Part shown: piece after piece, positions 1 through 12,500 of the stretch
How the letters are laid out: every line of letters starts with the position of its first letter
How positions within the stretch are numbered: the stretch's first letter is position 1
DNA from: Yuukianura sp. NJ FZ-2021
Taxonomy: Eukaryota
Assembly (NCBI GenBank): GCA_046563655.1
Contig: CM102290.1
Span: 2,232,001 to 2,296,000, forward strand
Direction of reading: 5' to 3'
DNA length: 64,000 bases
Position numbers and translations under genes: made by a program
Notes under the pieces: model-generated
Databases searched by the model: none
What the model was told of the DNA's origin: nothing
The model's input: only the letters and a program-made list of their open reading frames with translations

Positions 1-2394
1 TTGAAACTTTGTTCACTCACTTTTAAAAAAAGACGAGAATGGGATAGAGAAGTTAAAAAAAGAAGTTTGTCATTATTTTTTTTTATACCCCCCGGGTATT
101 ATGTTTGACGTGAACTGAAAAATGTTCAAAAAAGTTTTGTTTAAAATATTATTGTAATTTGAAGAAAAAAAAACTTCGGCTTTTTTGACAACCCACGAAA
201 TGAGTCTGCTGAGCTTTGAATTTTTTTGTGAGAAATAAGTCTTTTTCTGAAGACTTTTCTCTGAACTTAAGAATAGCCGAAGTGAAGTTTGTCCGAAAAA
301 AATCGTGAATGTTCACTCCAGTGAAAGTTTATTTTTCACTTGAGAGTCGTAAACCAATTTTCAATTTTTCTCTGTCGGAAATGAACTGTTTTGGATTCAG
401 GTGATGCTGCATGATGTGTGGATGTCAGAAAGTTGTTTTTGGTGCCTATGTACTTGCGCCCTCACAACTATTTAGTTCTGCATATGCGCCAATACGCTTC
501 TGGAAACCAAAGTGCAGTTGCATGCCGTCATATTCGAATAATTTTTGGGAAATGAAGTATAATCTTGAGATCAGACAATAGAGAAAAGAGAGTCCATTGA
601 AATGGATATGCTGCTCCATTTTTCCGGATAAATAATGGCGCCGTAGGGATTGCTTTCCTGTCCTATGCTTTGTTCAAACAACTCTCACTAAATCGCATTC
701 CTGGATCTACAGCATCATTCACAAGTTTTTGTGGTTGACTTTGGTACGTTCTTAGGCATAGATGTTTGTAGGAGTAAAATTCTGGGCAAGGTTGTAAACA
801 ATTTTTTTCCGAAATTTTGATTTCTTTTTCGTTTGACCCAAAAGTTCTTAATTTATTGTGGGCATAAAATTTGGATTTCCCTTGGTCCAATTCCAAATGG
901 GCCAATTTTGGGGCAGACACAACTGCATTACTATTTGCAATTGCAAGGATTGCAGTTTTCTTGTTTTTCTGATTTCTCATTTTCATGCAACCATGAAATG
1001 AAATTGGTTGCAATTTTTGTAAATTGAGGAAGACCTCTATTAGTCAGAGTAGGGCGAACATTTCTTTTTGTTTCTATCAAAGTTTCGTCCAAAAATTTCG
1101 GAATAACTTAAAACGGTACTGTTCTGTCACCCAGTGGTTTCTAAACGAAATAATTTTGGAAAAAGAAACTCAGTGGTGAAAGTTCAGTTCCGTCCAGGTT
1201 CCACTTTCTCTCGTCGGATGGCGGGATTGAATGGAAACTAATTTCGAAAGTGAAAGTTTCACAACTTGGCCGAACTTCGTCTAAACTCTTTGGAGAAGTT
1301 AAACTCTTTTTCTCAATTTAATAGAAACCTGGTTTTGAAAAATGCAGATTTCAAATTGTATTTTGTTCACATAAGAAATTAAGGCGGCTTTGTTTTTAGA
1401 AAAATTTCCGAATAATTCAGAACGTCAGTTTTTAAATTTTGTAAATGAGAAAATCATCTCTGGTTTGTTTTAGCTTTATTTTTTGAAAGTAAGTTTTGAT
1501 GTATGTTGTGTAAGATAAGATAAGATGTTCACTTTGTTTTGGTATTACAATGTTAGGATTACGCAGTGAAAGTGGAGTATCTGAAATTGGCTTGAAAAAA
1601 AGAGAAAGTATGGATAAAAACGTGCGGAGTGGGTCTGATTTCAATTAGCTCGAAGTGTTCGTCACCCTTAGGCAGTTCCGTTTCCTCCGAAGTCAAGGCG
1701 CAATTTGTGAAATTGTTTCGGTTACTCCCATTAATTGCTCAACCGTTGTATAGTTTTGGTTCTGCCATGAAAATTGGAAGGTTTGTTTTCTTTTTGTCTA
1801 AGAACGCCTGCGTCTTCCGCAGTCTCCACAGCAGATGAAGGTGGCTTGGCTGGTTCAGAGATTTTGAGAGCCAAAATGGAACTTTCTTCCTCTTTTTTTT
1901 TTGTCTTGGGGGATGGATTTGGTTTCTGGTTCTCAAGGAAAGCAGCCTCATTTTGAATTTCGTCTTGTTCAGAACGAGACGCTTGCCTCACAAATTGAAC
2001 CCTTCCCACGCAAAGCTACACACAAAACGACTCAAAATACAGCACAATTCCAGTTTTCATTGGAAAGTTCATTCGTGGGAATTCACACTAATGGTTGCAC
2101 AGTTTTGGAGACCTTTGAAGTGAAAGCAACCACGTTTGAAGTCTTTCCGCTTTGTTTGAAATTGAACGGCGGTGGTAAATTCTTGTCCAAAATTGGTAAT
2201 TACTCGAGAAGCTGCTAATTAGTTACTCCATATCGAAAACTCAAAAGCATAAAGTGAAAGTGACGGTTTCAGTGGCGTAAAGTGTCAGTGAAGTCTTTTT
2301 CTTTGGTTTAGCGATAGAGTCGAAAGTTCCCGATAGTATCTGAAATTTTGAGATTTTTGGAGGCGATAAGAATTTAATTTTCTTTTTGAAAAAG

Positions 2395-2549
2395 GCGACA
2401 AAGTGGCTCTAAGAAGAGGCAGAGAATTTTTCAAACGGAAAAGTGAAACGAAACTGCAGCAGGGTTCATCCCCTCAACACGCTGGAAAAATATGGACGGT
2501 GGATGACATTGAGTTTCTTACAGTTGATTACGGTTGTCTGCCGCCAGAG
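2395..2549 (+). CDS. Candidate upstream coding exon of the CNG-like gene
   Basis: Open frame ...KIWTVDDIEFLTVDYGCLPPE ends at GAG|gtact in phase 0, compatible with the phase-0 acceptor at 6563. The acceptor is weak and I recognise no homology. Confidence 0.3.
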
Positions 2550-5500
2550 GTACTAAAAAAAGTATTTTGAATGTTAGAGTGTTCGAAATTAAAAAAATAT
2601 CAAAATTTAAACCCGGGTTTGTTTCATTTCTGAGGAGAAAGCAGACTAATATGGGTAGTAAAATTCTAAAAACCGAAAGTAAAGAAAGCCTGTTTTTCTA
2701 AGGATTTCTTTACTTTTCGACTGTAAGGGTTGAAGATGACGAAGATGAAAAAGCGGAAGGCGCAGTATGAGTTGAACTGAACGTATACTGGCCCAGTTAC
2801 TTTGAAAATTACAATGGAATCAAATTAGGAATAGATTTTGGGCGTACGTTGAAAGTGTTGTAACGGCAGCGTAACGGTTGTAACGCTAGACTCCGAGGGA
2901 TCATTACTTGGTTCTGTTGTGAGTTTATGTAAAGAGCTTCACTTTGCAGAACGTGAGGCGAATCGGAAGAAAAGGCCCAAATTTTCCAGTTAATTAACTT
3001 TCCCCAGACGAAAATTCTGCAATTCCCTTCCGCTTTTTTTTCGTCATTCAAAAAAGAAAAGTTGAGTTTCATTGGACTTGTTTCAATTCTGTTGAAAAGG
3101 AGAGAGAACGAAAAAAGCAAAAATATTTTAAATGCAAGTTGTTTGAATTGAAAAACTTCTTAATCTTGATGGAAATATGAATTTTTAATCTTTTCGAGCG
3201 TTATATCCTTAAGGAGATTTATATTTCAAAGGGAATAATTTTTTTAATAGGAAGCTTTGAACCATTTTAGCTCCAGCTCTGAAAGTGAAATGTTTGATTC
3301 CGTTTTGTAAAAACAAAAGAAAGTCGGCAACAACAACTTCCTGAAAAATTTTGAAAATTTGTTTTTATATTGGTTTAAAATGGAAAACGTGACAACGTCA
3401 AATTGTGGAATTTCTGAGTCATGTTTTTGAAAAACATGGAGCGGAAACAGTATTTTGGAAAATCAAATTAAATTTATACTGCGCTCGTTCCTCATGAATC
3501 ATTCGTGGGTGGTGGTGAAAGTGAGAAGTTAGTTTCCACTTTCCAGCTAGTGAGAAATTTAAGTGGTTAGAATCAAGAGGGACGCGTCAAAAACCAGAGA
3601 ACGGAGAGAGAAACTGCAAAGTGTGGTGCAATTTTCAATAATCTGAAAAAGTTCCAGGTTCAAAATTATTTGTAGAGTTTAATTAAAATCCGAGTCGTAA
3701 ATCAATTTCATTTTGCCTCTCTGTCCAATCCGACAACAACGGAAAATCTATTTTGACACTTTTTTGTAATTATTATTTCAAAATTTTAGTTTAGAAATCC
3801 TTTCAAAAAAGCTACACCGGTAAACTAAAATAAAAGGTGAATCAAACCAAATTTGACTTGTCTTGAATCAAGTTTTATTGTTTTTTTTTATACCGGGTGG
3901 GCATCGTGTTTTTTTTCAAGGCGGGAGATACCATAATTCTAGCGCAACTCGAAGTAATATTTTGTGGTTTAAAAGGATCAAATGTTAGAGGAATTACGCA
4001 ACGGTGTGTCTCCGTTGGCTCTTTATGGAAGATCTCCACACAAAGCCTTTCTCCCATAAATAAGTCAAGTACTTTCTCCAATCTTATCATTTCCCTCTCA
4101 AAAACCACCCGTACTTTGTAATTCTTATGGTTGTATGCCACGCCCTTTATTAAGAATTCAAAAGTTCAAAATTAGCACAACAAATTTAAACTCACAATTC
4201 AGCGAAAGCGGCTGACAACCTGGAACTACGTTTTGAAATTTACATGATAAATAATTATGAAAATATTGATTCTGCCGAGATTTTTGAGCGCTTCAGTTGC
4301 AAACTTTTTAAGAATTTGAGCACCAACTTGTTTCGGTTTTTTTTTAAGTTTAGAATTCTCCGGTCAGAGCTCGGAACTTGTCGGAAGTCAGTTCGGTGAA
4401 GGCTCAATTTACTGGCTGTTATCAAATTGTCTGCCGCATGTTTCTTGTTCATCTTCTCGTTGGAATGAAATGGAAAGTTAAGTATGTGGTGCTTTGACCA
4501 CAAAATCCACAACTCATTTCATCCCTTCGTCCTTAAAGACAAGGGATGTTTTTGATGAGAAAATGTCGTGTTCCAGGAAATGCTCACTTAATCCCGAACT
4601 CCATAACCCAACTTTGTGCTCCTCCCTCTCTCTCTGTTCACCTTCCTCGTACCTACTAAAGTTAAGTTAAGTGAAGGTTTTCATGGAGAAAGCTTAAAAC
4701 AAATCCAAGGAGGCCCACTTCTATAGTTTCTGTAAATAAGTTACTTTTTCCTTGATCGAAAATAATTTAGGCGAGGACACTCTGGGGAATAGTTTCCAGG
4801 GAACTTTCAAAAGACTCCCTTCTTCTTCTTTCAGCTGAAGAATGACTCTTCTTCTTCTTCTTACGTTGTGTGGGAAATGAGTTTAGTTGAAAAGAAAGTA
4901 GGGTAGGCGGGTTTTTGTGTCATCCGTACAGAGAATTTGTGTGCGTGTTCAGGAGCTGCTGAGACTCTCGGAATAAATAGGGCAGAGAAAGTGCTTTCAC
5001 TCTCCGCAATTCCTCTCGTTTCTCATCCGTTACTCTGTGCAGAAAAATGGGGAGAAACAAGGAGAAAATCAAAAAAAAAATGAAATAAGAGATAGGCGGA
5101 AAGCTTTTACTCTTTTTTCTTCCTACCACAATTAACTTTCTCCAGCAAAAGTTTTTATGAATAAATTTCTCATTCAAGAAAATGTGTAGGAACATTTGAA
5201 TTTATCTTTTTTTTTACGTAATTTTGATTCGTTTGGTTTTAAATTTAGAAAGTGTTTCTAGAATCTTGGCGTCCTAAATTAGGACTCCTAATTCAGTTAG
5301 ACAAATCTGGTGTGTGGAAAGTTTTGGTTTTGTATTAGCTAAAATTTATGAAAATAACAAAAAGCTTAGATGTTTTGCTCCCCCTTGAGAAGAATTAGAT
5401 TAAAATTTACGCTAATGCTTTTACAACTCTTAACTTTTCTAACTTTCTTCGAGTGCCGCACTGTCATCATTTCCGCTGCCACTATCCCCCCCCCCCTATT

Positions 5501-5816
5501 TCACTCCCCTCTCCTCCTCCAACTGCTAAGCCTATCGGATGACTGGGGGAGAGGGATGGGGGTGGGAAGAAAAAGGAGGCAATGAAAGAAATTTCAAATG
5601 CAGTTTCTTATTCCTTTACCATTCACAACTTTGTTAGACATTCTCTACCGCCCCCTCCTCCCTCCCACTCAACCCCGCGAACTTTCACTTCAATTTCAAA
5701 AAGTGAATTTTGAACAAGCAAAAAAGAGTGTTTTTCTGGTCTTGTTTTGCTGGAGGATGGGGCGGCTCATAATGTGGCGCATCATGTCGGGTAAGATATG
5801 ACGAAGCGAGTGGAAA

Positions 5817-5831
5817 ATGCCGCAGGAGAGG
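5817..5831 (+). CDS. Candidate alternative first coding exon (MPQER) of the CNG-like gene
   Basis: aaaATG CCG CAG GAG AGG|gtgagc is a good phase-0 donor with an in-frame stop upstream, compatible with exon 6563. Confidence 0.3.
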
Positions 5832-6562
5832 GTGAGCAAATATGTCGCAGCACAAGACAAAGTTTCAAGGCACATTTTTTCCCCGTCTCTGCTGCTCTTG
5901 GAAGATCAAAGAAATAGATTCGGGCATTAGCTTCCGCTTCCTTTATCATGCATCACGAACTCATAAACTTTAATTTTACCAACATCTCAGACTTTCTCTT
6001 TTTGTAAAAATTCTGATCTAAACAAAAAATTCAAAAAAGAAAGAAACATGTCGGAATTGGGCTTCTTCTCGCCTTTTTTGGACAATTCTTAATGGTTTCC
6101 TGAATCCACAAAGTGAAAGTAAAGTTTAGAAATGGATTGAAACGATTCAAAAAGGTAGCCATTGCTTATAATGAATTGCTCCCAATGAATTGCGGACAAA
6201 TCGTAAGGTTAGGTTTGATTAGGCTAACAATCATAAGATTAGACTCTGTGATGCTACTGGTTATATAAAACTGTTTTAGGAGCAATCTGCCTTTCGGAGC
6301 AAATAGATTCGTAGCAATTTTTTCAGAGCTATGGCATAGTATCCTTCAAAAATGCTTTAATACTAAAATTTCAAGTAAATTTTGAGGTTGCAAGTAGGAA
6401 ATGACATTTGAGTCATTCTTGGAATTTGGTGAAATGGAGTTCTCGCATGAGTTGAATCATGTTGTCGAGGTTGTGAAGCTTATTGAGGGGAGTGCACATG
6501 CGCTGGAGTGTAAATTCTGAGCTAACTTATTCAACATTTAATTGCTTTTGTTACGTTTGTAG

Positions 6563-9500
6563 GTGGAGGAGATTGAGGGGAAGGGGTCCCCGAACGACAA
6601 TTCAGAGTCCATAAATGAGGGCAGCAGTTCGTTCAGTGGGGGTCAGAAGGCAGAAGAGGCTTCTCGGCACACGAGCATCTCGAGTCATTCGGATGGACCT
6701 CCGGCACACTCCGATTCTACCGGCAAAACGCACGACTCATCCCGATCTCCGTCTCAAAGCCCAGCAAATCGGTAACAGCTTTCAGTTTTTGAGAAAAAAA
6801 CTAATCTGGAAAAGTTTTGAAAACTTTTTCGGTCAATGAAGTACAAAAGAGAGAATCAGCCCGGAAGTGAAAGTTGCAAAGTTTATAGGAGTGAAATATT
6901 ATTTTTTAACCTACCCAAAGTTGAACTGTGGTAGTTACTGAGATAAAGGTTTAATTTGAAATTGTATTTTCGCAACTTTCACTTTACGGTGATAACGTGC
7001 AATGCGAATGAGATTCACATTGTACGTCATATCCCTACTGTTTGAAATAAGACGGGGTGAGGAGAAAGTTGTTTTAGGAAAGGAGGAAACCAAGGACAAC
7101 TGTCTGTGTATTTGCAAAATGACAAATGCGTGTCAGAGTTCAAATTTTTAGTGACTAAAGGGACTCTACTAATAGGTTTCTCCTTTCTCTACATTCACAT
7201 TATTCACTGTCGACATTTTCATTGCAGAGACAAAATAAGTCTATACAATGTGATGTAGGGTGTACAAAATTGTTGTTGACAACTTTGTAGGAAAGTTTCC
7301 AATTTCTTTTAAAAGGAATAAGTGAAAGGATTTGTTGTTTCTGTAGTTGTTGTTGATGGCTTGCGGCTCAAACACGGGTTTGGCTTTATTTCTTCCATAC
7401 AGTCATTCATTCATTTCTTAAACTTCTGAGGAACGACTCAACTTTCACTTTTTCCAAGAAGCTTTCCCAGAAAAAGTTAATCTTTTAAAAAAATCGCATA
7501 TTCAGTTGTTCAATTTGCGCTATAATTTGGCTTAAAAGTAATTCCAAAGTGATGAAGGCTAATCACTTGAACTTTTACTGTTCAAATGCAAAATTATGAT
7601 TTTTTGGTGGGAAGATTTTAACTAACGGTTCTTGAAGGCGTTGGATTTGAAAGGAATTAATGACGACGCGGGAATTTTAATTTTCAAAAAAGGTGAATAA
7701 TGTCACATTTTCCGGCTTTTTCTCTGACAGCGTTACATGAGAAAAAGGAAGTCATTGGCTTTTGTCTCTACTCTGTCTCTGAACGCTCCTTATTACCTGC
7801 ATCTTGTTCTAAATTCAAAATTTTGTGAAAAGGGCTTTGGACTGGGAAAGAGTTCCTCGAGATTAATGGAAAATTATGAGTGAAAAAGCATATAGGAAAG
7901 ATTTTGAAAATTGGGGAGCATGAGATTTTGGAGATTTTGGAAGTGACTAATCATAGGTCCATCATTAGGGATTCTGGGAAGGGTAGTGCCTTCGTCAAAG
8001 TCAAGGGAAATGCTCACGGAGCCTTAAGTCCTTTCAGGATTATTTCAACTTTCATTCTTCACTTTCACAGAAGGCTTCGCCTATCTCCAGTTCCTCAGCA
8101 CGACTAGATCATAAATCACAAGACTTCTCATCCCAAACACCCTCAAAAAACATTGGTGGTTTCGCGTCTTAAAAAAAAGTGGCGCTTGTTTGTGCTGTGT
8201 GATCCAAAAGTTCTATTCTGGAACAATTTTTGAACGTTTGACACATTTTTGTAAAGGATTTTTGTTAGGTTTGTGAGTCACGATGTATAAGCTGGAGAAT
8301 TTCAAGAGAACATAGGTTGGGAAACGCGAGCTTTTTAAATTGATTTTTCTGTTCAAATAGAAGAGTTAACCACAGTTAAATCAAAAACTCAAACAGGAGT
8401 CAAATCAAAAGGGATTAAAAGGGCAAGTTGACTTGATTTCGAGAACAACTAACACGAAGCTTAATTGCCACTCATATTTTTTGTTGAAGCAAGTTAGAAA
8501 TCAAAGGAAACTACAAATGTGTGGGATTAATTGATTTAGTTTTACTTTCAAAGTTACTTTCAATTAGTAGAATGTTCGCGTGGCTTCTGAGAACTTTTCA
8601 CACGCCGTTCTAAAAATATTTTGAAGTTCAATTAAAGTTATGCAAATCTCAGAGTAAAGTTACAGAGCTTTTTGGGAAGTATTTAATTGAAACTCAAAGG
8701 AAACCATAACCTTTTAGTTTATTTCCGAACGTTTTTGGGTGCTGTAATCAAACTGATCGTGAATAATTTTTGGCGACGCAGTCTATTGTAGGTGTGTAAA
8801 AAAAAGTATTTAAATTTGACGGTGGTAATGGCAGTTGGTTTGGTTTTTGAATTAATTGTTATCATTTCTAGATTTTGGGCACAATCAAATCTTTTTTATC
8901 TGGACAAAATTTAGACGTCAAGCGAGAAGCAGAGAAAGCAATTTTGGTGATGTTTGTACAAAAAGCGATAGTGGTATGCTGGTAGGAGTTTTGGTTGTTT
9001 TGTTTCGTGAATTTTGAAAACATTTTGGAATTAGTCATAGTGTAATGTGGTTTTTTGAGAATTTTGAAATTTAGTACCGAGTGTTTGACGACAATTTGTG
9101 CAAGTCGTTTTGGATGATTTTTGTTTTGTTTTGTGATCATCAACTTGCAGCTACTTTGTTTCAGAATTGGACTCGAGAACCGATCTAGATCCAAAAGTGT
9201 GGGTGAGCAACAATGGACAAACCTCCGAGCCGTATTAGCATGGTATGGTCGTCTTAGGCGCATCAAGAGGTACAGCAACCAAAAACACAATTTTTTTCAA
9301 AAATGAAACTGAAATTTTCCACCTAACCGCGTTTCAAAATTTTGAATTTTTGCTTTCCCTTCGTTTTACCCCCTTTCAAAATTTTGAATTTTTGCTTTCC
9401 CTCCGTTTTACCCATGCCCCAACGTTTTGTATTGTGATTTTTAAAGTTATTCCAAACTTTGTCTTTAAGCATGTTCTCAAAAATGTTCCCAGCCCCGGCC

Positions 9501-12500
9501 CCTCGTCATTTTTTAAAACGCAAATTTCACCAAAAAATAACACAACAATAACAAAGTGTTTTTTTTTTGTTGTTGTTGTTTTTTTTTTTTTGTAAATAAT
9601 GCTTACCCCACTCCCCACCCGAATTTTCAGCATTGGAGAGCAACTTTTTAGTCGTTTTTAAGTCAATTTTAACACAAAATTTGTTTTTGTAGACCGTTTT
9701 TGAATTTTTGAACAAAAAAATTAGTTGTTAACGACCATAAGTGTTAGGGGGATTTGATTAACCTTGGCGGGGTCATTGACCTGTGACCTCTGTGGCGGAG
9801 AAGGGCGTTGCCCTCTGTTGGCGCTGATGTTTGTGGCTGAGTGCCCTGCTGACTGTCTCTGTACTTTCTCTGATCTCTCTCTCTAGTAACCATGGTTCGC
9901 TCGCCCCGCCGCCCATGTGAGTCCTTCCATTTTCTCTCTCGTTCAAAATTAGGAATGCTCTGTGGTTGTCACCAGGTCTATGGCCTTTGACCCGTGTCTA
10001 TTGCCCTGTGACCTCTGTCTCGTTTATTAACAAATTGCTATCTCTCTTTCTCAAAGTCCACAACTGTTTACAGTTTTCCATGTCAATTCTTTTGCACTGC
10101 CCTACCCGCGTCACCCGCACCCTCTGCACGAACAAGATAGAAACGAGTTACCTTTTATTTTAACTAAACTGCTTAAGTAGGCTTTTAAGATTATGTTTTG
10201 TCACTAAACTTAACTTTGTTTGGAGATGTAGTTTCTCTAAGAAGGGTTTTGAATTTGAGTAAACAGAATGTGAGTTGAAGTAAGGTCAGGTCAAGTGTCA
10301 CAAAGTGACAAAACATTTGTTTAACGTTAAAAGCCAAACTTTCTCCATTTCTAACTTTCACTTCGCTTCAACAGCGCGGAGTTTGTCCCTTCTCCGTTTT
10401 CTGGCACTCGAGAAAGTTTTATTCCAAATATCTCTGCGCCTCCTCCTTTCTAGGTTGATCAGTTTAGCATTTTTCTATCGGTAGAAATTTTTGAATTCAA
10501 TTTCGTTTTTAATGAAAAGCTGCTAGTGTTGTCAAGATTTGGAAATTTATGAAGCGTTAGGATCAAAATTCTTTGTTTAAGTCACTTTTTGTCACAGTCG
10601 ATGTACTTTGGAATGCTTTTTCCCATTAAACTTTAGTTTTAAGCATGATTTTGGAAAAACTTGAAACCCTAATTGTGTACTTCCCACTTCGTCTCTGGTT
10701 GCCCCAATTTGGCTTTACTCTGTTCCTTATTAACACTGTTACTATAGTGCAATTAAGTGGAGCCACATAAGAAAAGTTCGGTGCTTAACTTACTAACCCA
10801 ACCGTGTCACTTTTAAGTGTAAAACTCACCTAAACGTTTTAGAACACTTTGTTTTAGAAAAGATGTTGGCAAAAAGGTTTTAATTTTTAGGCTACGTCAC
10901 ACTGCTCTACAAAGTTGAATGTTGATTCTCATCTGATGCAAGTTCACACTGCAATTTGTCCTCTCTGGAACCTTTACTAAACTTTACTGCTACTCTGTTG
11001 TTGTGTCATCTTCACCTTAAAAACTTAATTCTAAAAGTTAGACTGCGACAGAATTAAAACTGCCGCAATTGATTTGTCCTGCGCCTGCCTGGAACTTACG
11101 TCTCAAAGCCTACCCTAAGTACAGTAGTGCCGTTGATTTTAAAACTAACAAAATTCGAATGTGTTACACATACGCCACATTAACTTACAAACAATATGTT
11201 CACCTTAACTGCCTTGTTGTTTCACCTTTCTGTCGAGTGTCTCTCTGCATTTACTAAAATCAATTAATTAAAACTTAACAATTTAAAAATTATAGTTGAA
11301 AATTAAAACAATTGCCTCTAGGGTTCAATTAACGTAAATTTTCAAAAATAAAAAACAGGAATTGTTGCAGTCTTTTTAAATTCCTAAAATCGTGAGTTTA
11401 AATCGAAGAGAGAGGCAATTGTTTGTTAATTTGAAATCAGTAGAAATTTTAGGCTCTAATTCTGAGTTCCTTTTTAAAATTTTGAATTTGTGCATTTAGA
11501 TCGAAGAGTAATCAGCGTTGGATGAAGCTCCGAACGACGGTCCAATTATCAGGTGCAATTACTTCAACAGTTCAGAAGAAAGCGACACTGAAGAGAGAGG
11601 ATTCATTTCTCAAGAGATTCTCTACACGACAAGTACCAGAAGCTCAGGTAAAGAATTTTTTTTAAATTTTAAATTTTGAAAATCTAAAAGTAACCAAAAT
11701 TTATGTGAAAGAGGTGAGAAAGTGGTTATGGGGTTAAGTAACGAATTTACAAAAATTGAGAAATTTAAAACTCATATGTTTTTCCGGAAATTAAAAATTC
11801 TTCCAGATTTCGAATCAAAACTAGAAATTAAATATTTCCGCTTTTTTTGCCAAAATTTCAAATTTTCAAAATCTAAAAGCAACCAAGTTTGTGTCTAATA
11901 AGAGGTCCGAACGTGGTTGTAGAATTAAGTAACGAATTTACGAAAATTGGGAAATTTAAAACTCATATTTACGATTTACGTCCGGAAATTAAAATTGTTG
12001 CAGATTTTGAATCAAAACTAGAGATTGACTCTTTCCTGTTTTTTTTTTGCCAAAAATGGAAAGGAAAACGAAGTGAAAATTTTATTCCTTGTGCTTTTTA
12101 TTTCGTTTGCCATTTGAAGTGTGAAGGTGAAAGTGGATCTTTGATTCCTTTTTTTATGCTTCCTGATTTGATTATTTTGATTTCGTTTCAACATATTTCT
12201 AGCAGAACAGAAATCCAATTTCTTTGTGATTCTTCCAATTCCGACATCCTGAATCCTAAGGAAAAAAATTGTTTTTAGAGGAAGCAAAAAAAAATAGATG
12301 GGATATGGGGTTGAAAGTCTTTCAAAATCTGCTCACTTTTCCTCTTCAAAGGAGAAAATTCTGTTCTATTTGAAAATATCACTTTCTGCTGGCAGTGCTG
12401 TCATCACACCTTCATTTTCAAACAAGATCTCCACTTCATTTCAGTGGATCATTTTAGGAAATGTGGAGATTTCGGAAGTCGTTTTAACTCATAGGCAGTG

